Positions 19,801 to 26,720 of a DNA stretch of 64,000 nt are shown piece after piece; position 1 is the stretch's first letter; each line of letters opens with the position of its first letter. Below the pieces are notes generated by a model that was not told where the DNA came from, did no database searches, and was given only the letters and a program-made list of their open reading frames with translations. Position numbers and translations under genes: made by a program. Source of the DNA: Nannocystis sp. RBIL2 (GTDB lineage: Bacteria; Myxococcota_A; Polyangia; Nannocystales; Nannocystaceae); assembly GCF_026626745.1 (NCBI RefSeq), contig NZ_JAPNJW010000002.1, positions 1,446,151 through 1,510,150 on the forward strand, given 5' to 3'.

Positions 19801-22800
19801 AGGCCGACGGCCTCCCGCTGGACGAGCGGATCCCCCGCGTCCTGCAGCTCGCGCGCGACCTCGCCTACCGCGCCGACCGCTCGCTCGAGGCCATCCGCCG
19901 CCTCGAGGCGCTGGTCAAGGAGACCCCCGAGACCGCCGACGTCCACGCCGAGCTGATCGAGATCCTCCAGCGCGAGGGCCTGTGGGTCCGCGCCGTCGAG
20001 GCCCTGCGCTCCGCCGCCGAGGTCGTGCCCAACCCCGACGCGCGCGTGCGCTGCCTGGCCCGCGCCGCCACCCTCACCGAGGAGCGCCTCGGCCAGCCGG
20101 CCGCCGCGATCGCCGGCTGGTCCGAGGTCCTCGACCACAACCCCGGCGACCCCGACGCCCTGGTGCGCCTGCAGAGCCTCTACCTGCGCACCGAGCAGTA
20201 CGCCAAGCTGCTGCCGATCCTCGACCGCCGCCTGGCCCAGGTCGCGCCCGGCGACCGCGACGCCCGCATCGCCCTCCTCGTCGTCAAGGCCCGCGCCCTG
20301 CAAGAGGGCCAGGGCGACGAGGCCGCCGCGCAAGGGACCCTCGAGACCCTCGCCGCCGAGGCCCCCGAGAACGACGACGTCGTGCTCGGCCTGTCCCGCC
20401 TCTACCGCAAGGGCGGGCGCATGGATGACGGCGTCGAGATGCTGCGCCGGCGCCTGGCCGAGATCGTCAGCGACATGGAGGTCCGCGCCGAGCCGCTCGA
20501 CGAGGAGCCGCTGCCGTTCGACATCCCCGAGCCGGTCTCGCCGGCGCTGGCGGCCCGCCGCGTGCGCATCGCCGAGGCCCTGGCGACCGCCCTGGCCGAA
20601 GAGGCAGGTGACCCCCGCGGCGCGCTCGAGACCCTCGACGAGGCGCTCGCCGCCGCCCCGCCGGAGGCCGCGCTCGGCCTGCAGCAGCGCCGCGTCGCCC
20701 TCGCGCGGACCCTCGGCGACGACCGGGCCCTCACCGTCAGCCTCGCCGCCGTCGGCGAGCCCGACGGCATCCTCGAGGCCGCCGCGATCGCCCGCGACCG
20801 CCTGCACGAGCCCGAGCTGGCCGCCCAGCTGTTCACCCGCGTCCTCGCCGAGCTGGCCCCCGGCGCCCCGCAGCGCAGCCGCCGGCTGTCGCAGGCGATC
20901 GAGGGCCTGGTCGGCCTGCGCCTGGCCGCCGGCGACCTCGACGGCGCCGACGCCCTGCTCGACGCCCAGCTGGCCCAGATCGACGACCCCGAGATCCGCG
21001 CCCGGATCCTCACCGAGAGCGGCCGCGCCCTGCTGCGCGGCGGCCAGGAGCTCGCGCGCGCCCGCCAGCGCTTCGAGGCCGCCCTCGCCGCCGACCCCGA
21101 CTACGCGCCCGCGCGCCTGGCCCTCGGCGCGGCCCTCATCGACGCCGGCCTGCACGCCGAGGCCGAGGCCATCCTCGAGGCCGCGGTCGAGGCGTTCGGC
21201 CTCACCCGCGATCAGCCGCGCCTGGTCGAGGGCCTGCTGATGCTGGCGCACCTGTTCGAACAGACAGACCGCGCCAACGAGGCCTACCGCCGCCTCTCGA
21301 TGGCCCTGCGCCACGTCCCCGACGACCTCGAGATCCGCGCCGCCATGGCCCACAACCGCGCCGCCGCCGGCCGCCACCGCGACGCAGTCGCCGCCCTCGA
21401 GCCGGTCGAGCAGCGCCTCGCCGCCGGCACCCCGGTCCCGCCCGAGCGCGCCCCCGTGGTCGCCGACCTGCTGATCCTCGCCGCCGAGTGCGACGCCAAG
21501 CAGAACGCCCCCGCCGAGCGCCTCGCCGCTCGCTACGCCCGCGCCCTCGAGCTGGCCCCGCGCCACCGCAAGGCCCGCGCGGCCCTGGCCCAGCTGGCCC
21601 AAGAGTCAGGCAGGCTGGTCGACGCCGCCGAGCACACCCTCGCCCTCGCCGACCTCGAGCAGGACCCCGAGGCCCGCGGCCGGGCCCTGCTCGCCGCCGG
21701 CATGCTGTTCCACGAGGCCGCAGGGGCCGCCGCCGAGACCGGCGAGGAGACCGTCGTCAGCGTCTCCGCGCAGAAGATCCTCGGCGCCGCCTTCGACGCC
21801 GTCCAGGCCGGCCTCGCCCTGATCCAGCACATCCCGCACCCGGTCCTCGACCGCCGCCAGCTCGAGGCCGCCTTCTGGACCGCCGTCTCGCGCAACGCCG
21901 GCATCGCCCTCGGCTGCCTCGACCGCCTGCTGCACCACCCCGACCTGCGCGACGCCAAGCGGGCCGGCTTCCTGCTCGAGGGCGTCAAGATCGCCCTCCA
22001 GCGCGGCGAACCCGGCGACCCCGAGCGCGCGCTCGGCTACGCCCGCGCCGCAGTCGAGCTGCTGCCCGACGCCGCCGCCCCGATCCACGGCCTCGTCGAC
22101 GCCCTGCGGGCCGCTGGTACCGTCGACGAGATCGAGCCGGCGGTGCGCGCCTATCTGGCCAAGGACAGCGTCCAGAAGCCGCCTGGTGACCCACGCGAGG
22201 CCCGCGATCGCCAGCGCCTGCTGGTCCGCCTGGCCGACCTCGTGGTCCAGGCCGAGCCCTCGCCTGACCCGAAGGACAGCCGACCCGCGCAGGCGATCCG
22301 GCTGCTCGAGCGGGCCGCCGAGCTCGACCCGACCGGCCTCGGCCTGGCCCCGCGGCGCCAGCTCGCCCGGCTCTACGCCGACGAGAAGATCCAGGGCCCG
22401 CAGGTGCGCAGCAACTCCGACGCCCTGCTCCACCTCGACCCGCTCGACGAGGCCAGCCTGGCCGCGCTCGCCCGCCACTGCGCCGAGAACGGCGAGGAGG
22501 GCCGCGCCCACGCCATCCACCAGCTCTTGCGGATCGTCAGCCCCGGCCACGCCGAGGCCGGCGCCTTCCTCACCAGCCACGAGCTGCTGTCGGTGCGCAG
22601 CGGCAAGCTCGACCCCGCCACGGTCATCGACCCGGCCCCCGCCGACGCCGGCGTCGTCCCGGCTCTCACCGCGCTGTGGGAGGGCGCCGCCGAGCTGCTC
22701 GCCGAAGAGCTGCCGCGCCCGCAGTTCAGCGAGGCCGCCTGGATCGAGGCCGAGACCGACAAGGACACCCTCCTGTGGAAGGTCTGGACCGAGCTCGGCA

Positions 22801-23450
22801 CGCAGATGCCGGCCCAGGGCGTGCGCCTCGCCGACGTCGAGCTGCTCCCCGACATGCGCGTCGAGGGCGGCTGGACCAGCGTCTCGTGCGTGCACCCGCC
22901 GGTGATCCTCGTCGGCCCGGCCGCCCGCGCCGAGACCACCGCCCCGCGGCTGCGCTTCGCCCTCGGGCGCGCGATGTTCTTCACCCGCCCCGCCGCGATC
23001 CTCGTCTCCGGCCTGCCGAAGCCGCTGTTCGCCGGCGTCCTCGCGGCCGCCCTGCAGGCCTTCCACCCGCGCCACACCCGGCGCGTGCGCGCCCGCGACG
23101 AGGCCGACCTGGCCACGCGGCTCGGCCAGACCCTCGCGCGCAAGCTGCCGATCCGCCTGGCCCGCCAGCTCAGCACCGGCTTCAAGGAGCGCGAGCAGGA
23201 GGGCTTCGACAGCCGCGACTGGCGCGCATGGGTCCAGCGCTCCGGCGACCGCGTCGGCCTGTGCCTGTCGCGCAACCTCGGCGCCGCCCTCGACATCCTC
23301 GGCCTGCCCCAAGAGCCAGGCGAACGCAGCGCCGCCCTCAAGGCCCGCGCGGCCTTCGACGCCGACCTGCGCGACCTCCTGGTCTTCGCAGTCAGCCCCG
23401 CCTACGTCGGGGCCCGCCGCGCCCTCGGCTTCGAGGTCAAGTCGCGCTGA
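13833..23450 (+). CDS. Giant tetratricopeptide-repeat (TPR) protein, about 3,205 aa.
   Basis: A single 9.6-kb ORF with consistent GC3 bias. It contains dozens of TPR-like 34-aa units ('A...Y..LG....A...Y...L...P....A'). A central block has 4 tandem ~30-aa repeats '(V/F)DLADLEPVE' followed by a Pro/Ala-rich segment. An in-frame ATG at 13833 carries a short possible extension back to 13749. Confidence 0.85.
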   Translation: MPETAVAPKRQPSPHDLPCPLPPVAHGEPPELGAFRAKPSDDAFLKLRRAFREAENWSALATLLVVHAAAISGPPKVAELCVQAYELWYDRVKDKPQAAYALVRALQAEPHNSRAYEQLRKVYGELGSLDELATLLKFRLDHLRRHDRGAVPGALVELGKVDEQRCQVDEAIACYRAALEINPQERDASDQLIRLHLQAGAWLRVIDLINAELARTDNVRERDRFAALHLRLARIEAEQLENIPSAALHLQAALKANPDDVAALRAFGALYLGSGKASDEGLQKAADVFFRAAKLARSQGDDKIAYSLLRRAMSLRPDHHEAGNALAELLMAQEKWMELDDLYGAWIGYVTEADSYGLWLSRGELLETRLARREEARACYEQASRLERPGGDAWLRLEALLVELGDNHGLVSLYERWSEQDPGGLPTDKLLWAARVAREDLGDEERAAVSFYRVLEREPFNHEAFEGYKEHWRRKNNWSHLAGLILYQGDQALQMGGGPDSPLARSEFAEHFVELAEIYERRLGDLAGALDAWNRLALAYPNDWRPRDQIARIDKRARMLDANLATLEAELQRTVDPQRRFEVLRRLSQAHRERMTDPQRTIVLLQEMLALAPGHEGALRALAEMYERTGAYDQVIDLLRRQHDVTRSISQRVVLLRRMAELWQHELHSPREALWACEQILGYSPSDMDAVHRMQGLCAELGDAGGEYEALSRELGLVGDPAQRTRIIRRMADVADRKLQDPQRSAQAWTQLQAGDPHNLEVTDKLIAAYEALGNREELANLLGKAASSARTPPIRQLDYLMRLGHVAESSLGDADLACSAFERALRIHRDHRGATEALTRLYRNLGSWHGLAASLGTLQDMADSDEEALGIGWERAEVLADRLDNPAAAIRVLEQLSSNAAVGNRDVALKLLELYERAGQFDRLIRHAEILLLSALETDERRELFSLVARTYVVNLNAPHKAIAAFQRFMREEPDDGEGLKILGELQALAGDHQATLDTLGKRLESLTDAAQQVVTLEQMAEVCEFGLGHAKRALALLGRALGIAPGSRDLKQKIEAFAERHGMYKDLLVVYGERFTEMSGRAESRGQIDLCLGASATAEKKIGDPDLAFAWARKAYFVALRAGLDAGTVLDRLEGLAQAHGLWPQMLDVSEQELAFQEKTPNYGDYGTIALLMSAAEIARERLGDPARAIGYLQRAYKLRPDDDDLGRQIEALGEAHQMWQALIDLQELKLGRAKTGLGRFDACVAIAKIYERHLNDHKRAFQWLRRAETDLRPADPSLAEEAAGLMTELAQRHQLWPELADHHRGLALAKLQRNERGGLNQLKDSARIDYEKRQDPLAALRTLRLGVAYDRDGTALMPAIEAMAAKVDEKRSPDTPPTGALTLLSVTQQIIGQTVDPALKLSLLKRRAELRAGLGDTAGAIAEWLRALSLHPGSEEARFELDRLAERDNLWHLLLLAPASELAFGTGKAQQGKLLTQIAELYENCLGRPEYALRARIAAWKLQGDLPPETGELGPVHSKMWHLASLTGTYTAPPPARDPLLWPQIVPPELADRDQWRKLGLDPDTLAPRMAVKARKKEESSVMELDDLEEVSRPTAEIQLSELEPLEELRRGGGKEVVARPGKTVRSETHTNIVDLADLEPVELSATAVKIRAPRPARGETDIVDIADLEAVEASGSVSVRAAGLPRQESGVFDLADLEPIEDSLVGPAPKRPSAEVSGVLDLDEMLELDDDAPRPVAHKRSLPRPAAKPLKPTPPRPPGGKPVAKAPPPARRPAAPPPPSRPPEPVPAASLPPPPPVASRELIDAVTAGLPALPELDAPVLPGRPSASSAWHELAHAYASVVPASKSERAGLQRLLARLWDEGAGMPDAALERYEEALALVPDDAVALSGLVHMAERTADPERLIAALSRLLSDLTLPEHIVAYHLRLADLYEQTGQPERAEEQYRGVLAVSAKHLGALRSLAALHAKTGREREAAEASARLYDVEADGLPLDERIPRVLQLARDLAYRADRSLEAIRRLEALVKETPETADVHAELIEILQREGLWVRAVEALRSAAEVVPNPDARVRCLARAATLTEERLGQPAAAIAGWSEVLDHNPGDPDALVRLQSLYLRTEQYAKLLPILDRRLAQVAPGDRDARIALLVVKARALQEGQGDEAAAQGTLETLAAEAPENDDVVLGLSRLYRKGGRMDDGVEMLRRRLAEIVSDMEVRAEPLDEEPLPFDIPEPVSPALAARRVRIAEALATALAEEAGDPRGALETLDEALAAAPPEAALGLQQRRVALARTLGDDRALTVSLAAVGEPDGILEAAAIARDRLHEPELAAQLFTRVLAELAPGAPQRSRRLSQAIEGLVGLRLAAGDLDGADALLDAQLAQIDDPEIRARILTESGRALLRGGQELARARQRFEAALAADPDYAPARLALGAALIDAGLHAEAEAILEAAVEAFGLTRDQPRLVEGLLMLAHLFEQTDRANEAYRRLSMALRHVPDDLEIRAAMAHNRAAAGRHRDAVAALEPVEQRLAAGTPVPPERAPVVADLLILAAECDAKQNAPAERLAARYARALELAPRHRKARAALAQLAQESGRLVDAAEHTLALADLEQDPEARGRALLAAGMLFHEAAGAAAETGEETVVSVSAQKILGAAFDAVQAGLALIQHIPHPVLDRRQLEAAFWTAVSRNAGIALGCLDRLLHHPDLRDAKRAGFLLEGVKIALQRGEPGDPERALGYARAAVELLPDAAAPIHGLVDALRAAGTVDEIEPAVRAYLAKDSVQKPPGDPREARDRQRLLVRLADLVVQAEPSPDPKDSRPAQAIRLLERAAELDPTGLGLAPRRQLARLYADEKIQGPQVRSNSDALLHLDPLDEASLAALARHCAENGEEGRAHAIHQLLRIVSPGHAEAGAFLTSHELLSVRSGKLDPATVIDPAPADAGVVPALTALWEGAAELLAEELPRPQFSEAAWIEAETDKDTLLWKVWTELGTQMPAQGVRLADVELLPDMRVEGGWTSVSCVHPPVILVGPAARAETTAPRLRFALGRAMFFTRPAAILVSGLPKPLFAGVLAAALQAFHPRHTRRVRARDEADLATRLGQTLARKLPIRLARQLSTGFKEREQEGFDSRDWRAWVQRSGDRVGLCLSRNLGAALDILGLPQEPGERSAALKARAAFDADLRDLLVFAVSPAYVGARRALGFEVKSR

Positions 23451-23472
23451 CGCGCCCCTGAGGCCGTCCTCG

Positions 23473-23504
23473 AGGCCGCGAGCCCGCCAGGGGCTCGCGG
23501 CCTC
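23473..23504 (+). terminator. Stem-loop immediately downstream of the giant TPR gene.
   Basis: Perfect 14-bp stem 'gaggccgcgagccc'/'gggctcgcggcctc' with loop 'gcca', 23 nt after the stop. A 'tctttt' tract follows about 30 nt later. Confidence 0.5.
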
Positions 23505-23595
23505 GTCGCATTCCCACGCCCCTGTCTTTTGATTCAGCTCGCCTCGCCTCGCGCCTCTTGCGGCCCCGGCTGAATCGTGGACAAATCCCTCGAAC

Positions 23596-24804
23596 ATGCC
23601 CACCGCGCCGCGTCTCCGGATCTCGCTGCAACTGAGCGTCACGGCCCTGGCCCTGCAGGCCTGCCTCGACCCCAACGCCAACACCGAGACCGAGTCGACC
23701 GCCACCGGCCCCGGCACCACCACCAGCGTCGACACCACCGGCGTCTCCCCGAGCGACCCGACCACGGGCGAACCGACCACGAGCGAGCCCGCCACCACCG
23801 CCGAGCCCGTGTGCGGCGACGGCTTCGTCGACGCCGACGAGCAGTGCGACCTCGGCCCCGACAACGCCGACGACGGCGCCTGCACCTCCGACTGTCGCAA
23901 CGCCACGTGCGGCGACGGCCTCGTCGCCAAGGACGCCGAGGAGTGCGACCTCGGCCCCGACAACGCCGACGACGGCGCCTGTACCACCGCCTGCCTCCTG
24001 CCCGCCTGCGGTGACGGCGTCCTCAACGGCGACGAGGTCTGCGACGACGGCACCAACGACGGCACCTACGGCAGCTGCCTCGCCGACTGCAGCGCCGCCG
24101 CCCCCGGCTGCGGCGACGGCCAGGTCGATCCCGAGAACGAGGACTGCGAGGACGGCCCCGACTGCCTGCCCACCTGCCGGTACGCCCACAGCTGCCTCGA
24201 GTGGCTGGAGGCCACCCCCGAGGCCGTCAGCGGCGTCTTCAGCGTCCGCCGCGAAGGCATCATGGACCCGATCGACGTCTGGTGCGCCCTCGATCCGGCC
24301 GTCGACGGCGGCGGTTACACCTTCCTCAAGGTCGACGTCGCCGGCGGCATGAACCCCAACCCGGCCACCGCCGCCACCGCCGAGGCCGCCTGCGCCGACT
24401 GGGGCATGCAGCTGTTCGTCCCGCGCAGCCCGGCGCACCTCGGCGTCGCCTACGAGGTCGCCACCGGCGACAATCTCGAGCCGGTCGGGGGCGGCACGGT
24501 GAAGAGCGGCGCCGATTACCTGCAGATTTTGGGGATCTATCCAGTCACCGCGGGCGAGAGCTGCGTCGACGCGCCGCTCAACGGGCTCGACTGTCCCGAG
24601 TGGCGCGCCGGCGACGACCAGGCGTGGTTCGTCAGCGACGTCGCCGTCGGCAGCGGCGAGCCCGACGAGCTCGGGGCGTGCGAGGGCTGTTCGATGCTCT
24701 ACCAGTGGAACCAGGACGGCAGCGTGAAGAGCTACAAGGCCCTGCCCCAGCCGGGCGGCTACAGCTTCCGCTTCCTGTGCGACACGGGCGATAAATTGCC
24801 CTGA
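23596..24804 (+). CDS. Secreted lipoprotein with myxobacterial Cys-rich repeats and a C-terminal globular domain that is possibly fibrinogen-like or lectin-like.
   Basis: Lipobox 'LALQAC'. Thr-rich linker. Four 'CGDG(x)V...E(E/Q)CD.G' repeats (TIGR02232-type as recalled). The C-terminal region contains 'VWCALDPAVDGGGYTFLKV'. Confidence 0.75.
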   Translation: MPTAPRLRISLQLSVTALALQACLDPNANTETESTATGPGTTTSVDTTGVSPSDPTTGEPTTSEPATTAEPVCGDGFVDADEQCDLGPDNADDGACTSDCRNATCGDGLVAKDAEECDLGPDNADDGACTTACLLPACGDGVLNGDEVCDDGTNDGTYGSCLADCSAAAPGCGDGQVDPENEDCEDGPDCLPTCRYAHSCLEWLEATPEAVSGVFSVRREGIMDPIDVWCALDPAVDGGGYTFLKVDVAGGMNPNPATAATAEAACADWGMQLFVPRSPAHLGVAYEVATGDNLEPVGGGTVKSGADYLQILGIYPVTAGESCVDAPLNGLDCPEWRAGDDQAWFVSDVAVGSGEPDELGACEGCSMLYQWNQDGSVKSYKALPQPGGYSFRFLCDTGDKLP

Positions 24805-24836
24805 CGCGCCCCGCGGGTTTATGTCATTTTTTCGCC

Positions 24837-25703
24837 ATGGCTCGCTTACCTCGCAAAATCGCGCTCCTGGCCCTCCTGGGGCTCGCGTCGGCCTGCATCA
24901 TCGGCGGCGGCAACACCACGAACGACTCCGACTCCGACACCGGCGAGTTCGTGTGCGACGACCCCAACTCGTACCTCGACGGCGAGACCTGCTACTGCAA
25001 CGACGGCTTCGAGTACTGCACCGACGACCCGAACGACCTGTCCTGCTGTCCGGTCGAGGACACCACCACGGTCTCGAGCGTCGGCACCACCACCGTCGAG
25101 CCGACCTCGACCAGCGAGCCGACCACCACCACCGGCCCGACCACCGAGTCGACCACGCTGCCGGAGACCAGCTCGACCACGACCACCACCGAGGCGACCG
25201 CGAGCACCACCGAGACCACTGACACCAGCGAGGGCACCACCACCGGCGGCGTCGAGTGCCAGGGCGAGCAGCCGCCGCCCGAGAACTGCCAGAACGGCCA
25301 GTTCTGGTGCACGATGACCGAGGCCTGCGGCCCCGAGGGCAGCCAGGTCTACCGCTGCGACGGCGCCACCTGGGTGCTCGAGCCCAACCTCGCCAAGGAC
25401 AGCTGCAGCTTCGACGGCTACGACTTCGCCTACGGCTGCGTCGACACCGGCAAGACCGTCGAGTTCATCTGCGGCGACGGCCCCGGCACCGCCTGCGAGA
25501 ACAGCGACCCCGCCAGCTGCGAGGACGACACCAACCTCAACACCTGCATCTACGGCAAGCTGTCGCAGTTCGACTGCTTCGTCCAGTGTACCGAGGTCGG
25601 CGACGCCATGATGGCCCTGTACGACCACGGCTTCTGCGGCGACGACATGGGCACCTCCGTCTGCCTCTGCTGCGACATGGGCGAGCCCGGCTGCCCCGTC
25701 TGA
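24837..25703 (+). CDS. Cys-rich secreted lipoprotein with a Thr-rich linker.
   Basis: Signal peptide plus lipobox 'LGLASAC'. A long Thr/Ser/Glu linker. More than 20 Cys in the two globular segments. Confidence 0.7.
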   Translation: MARLPRKIALLALLGLASACIIGGGNTTNDSDSDTGEFVCDDPNSYLDGETCYCNDGFEYCTDDPNDLSCCPVEDTTTVSSVGTTTVEPTSTSEPTTTTGPTTESTTLPETSSTTTTTEATASTTETTDTSEGTTTGGVECQGEQPPPENCQNGQFWCTMTEACGPEGSQVYRCDGATWVLEPNLAKDSCSFDGYDFAYGCVDTGKTVEFICGDGPGTACENSDPASCEDDTNLNTCIYGKLSQFDCFVQCTEVGDAMMALYDHGFCGDDMGTSVCLCCDMGEPGCPV

Positions 25704-25960
25704 CCTGTCCCACAGACCAGGTCCGCCCGCGCGACCGCCACCGCGGGCCGGACCTGTCCCACCGGCCAGGTCCGGCCGCCCCGGGCGGACGCGCGAACGG
25801 CTCCGTGGCCAGAACCTGCCCCATCGGCCAGGTCCGGCCGGACCGGCCGGACGACCGCGCCGCGAGCGAGCAGAGCCGCCCTCGCGCGGCTCCCGGCGGC
25901 CCGTTCGCCCGCCGTCCGACCAGCGTCGCGCCGCCGCCCCGGACCGGCTACCATCCCCGC

Positions 25961-26206
25961 GTGACTCGCCTCTACAACAAGCAGACCGGCGCCCTGATCG
26001 GACCTATCACCGACGACCAGCTGCGCGACCTCATCGATCTCCTCGTCGAGGAGAGCGCCGACGACCGCGACTACTACATCGACCGCGACACCCTCGATTA
26101 CCTCGAGGAGAACCAGGTCGACGCCGAGCTGCTCGCCCTCCTGCGCAAGCACGTGCCCGAGGAGGGCGAGGGCATCGACATCGAGTGGCGCGACGAGCCC
26201 GCCTGA
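25961..26206 (+). CDS. Small acidic hypothetical protein (81 aa, GTG start).
   Basis: GTG at 25961, in frame inside the long ORF 25256..26206. The sequence 'LIGPITDDQLRDLIDLLVEESADDRDYYIDRDTLDYLEENQVDAELLALLRKHVPEEGEGIDIEWRDEPA' is strongly acidic. The gene is flanked by an operator-like palindrome triplet and by 3'-end repeat copies. Confidence 0.5.
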   Translation: MTRLYNKQTGALIGPITDDQLRDLIDLLVEESADDRDYYIDRDTLDYLEENQVDAELLALLRKHVPEEGEGIDIEWRDEPA

Positions 26207-26720
26207 GCTCTTCGCATTGTCGATGCTCTCGCTGCCCGAGGCGACGCGAGCATCGACTTCGAGCGGCCCGACCCGCCGGCGTGACCCGGCCCCGAGCTGC
26301 TCGCAGAGCTGCCCTGAGGAGGGCGAGCGCATCGACTTCGGGTGGCGCGACCCGCCGGCGTGACCCGGGTCCGGACGCATCCCCTTCGCCGGCATCGGCG
26401 CCGAGTCTTCCCACGGCGCGCCTCCTCTCGACCCGTCCTCGCCACGGAAGCGATCGCTGCGCTCCACCTTCGTGGTCCTCGCCTCGCCCGCGTGAGGACC
26501 CGCCGCGCCTGCCGTCTTCTCGTCGCTATCGCGCGGCGGACTGCTCCGACCTGACGGCCGCGTAACGGTCCGCGCACGGACGCGCTGCATCTTTCCTCCG
26601 ACGCTGCTCCGCGGGCGCGGCTTCGGCCGGATGGGTGGGCTCAGGGCGCACCTGCCCGCGGACGTCGCCTGCGGCGGCGCGAGTTGCCGGCCTTCGCTCG
26701 ACTCTCGTACCCTGGCGAGC

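Noticed and set aside
13485-21602. 2,705-aa ORF antisense to the giant TPR gene. Similar very long Gly/Ala/Arg-rich ORFs occur at 629..2254(-), 2309..4957(-), 21606..24065(-), 34478..36742(+), 6983..9364(+) and 8719..10059(-).
   Set aside because: These are typical stop-free shadow frames in about 70% GC DNA. Their composition is dominated by Arg/Gly/Ala/Pro, with no domain signatures. Each overlaps a gene with clear motifs and proper GC3 bias on another frame or strand.
24805-24836. Possible terminator 'cgcgccccgcggg' followed by a T-rich 'tttatgtcatttttt' after the 23596..24804 gene.
   Set aside because: The stem is only a 4-bp palindrome with no real loop. The T-rich tract may equally be the -10 region of the next gene (24837).
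25702-25840. Possible mini-CRISPR array: three ~28-bp direct repeats with 21-33-bp spacers.
   Set aside because: There are only three imperfect repeats with unequal spacers and no cas genes. Each repeat contains an internal 6-bp inverted repeat, which fits transcription-factor operators better. It is reported as a regulatory candidate instead.
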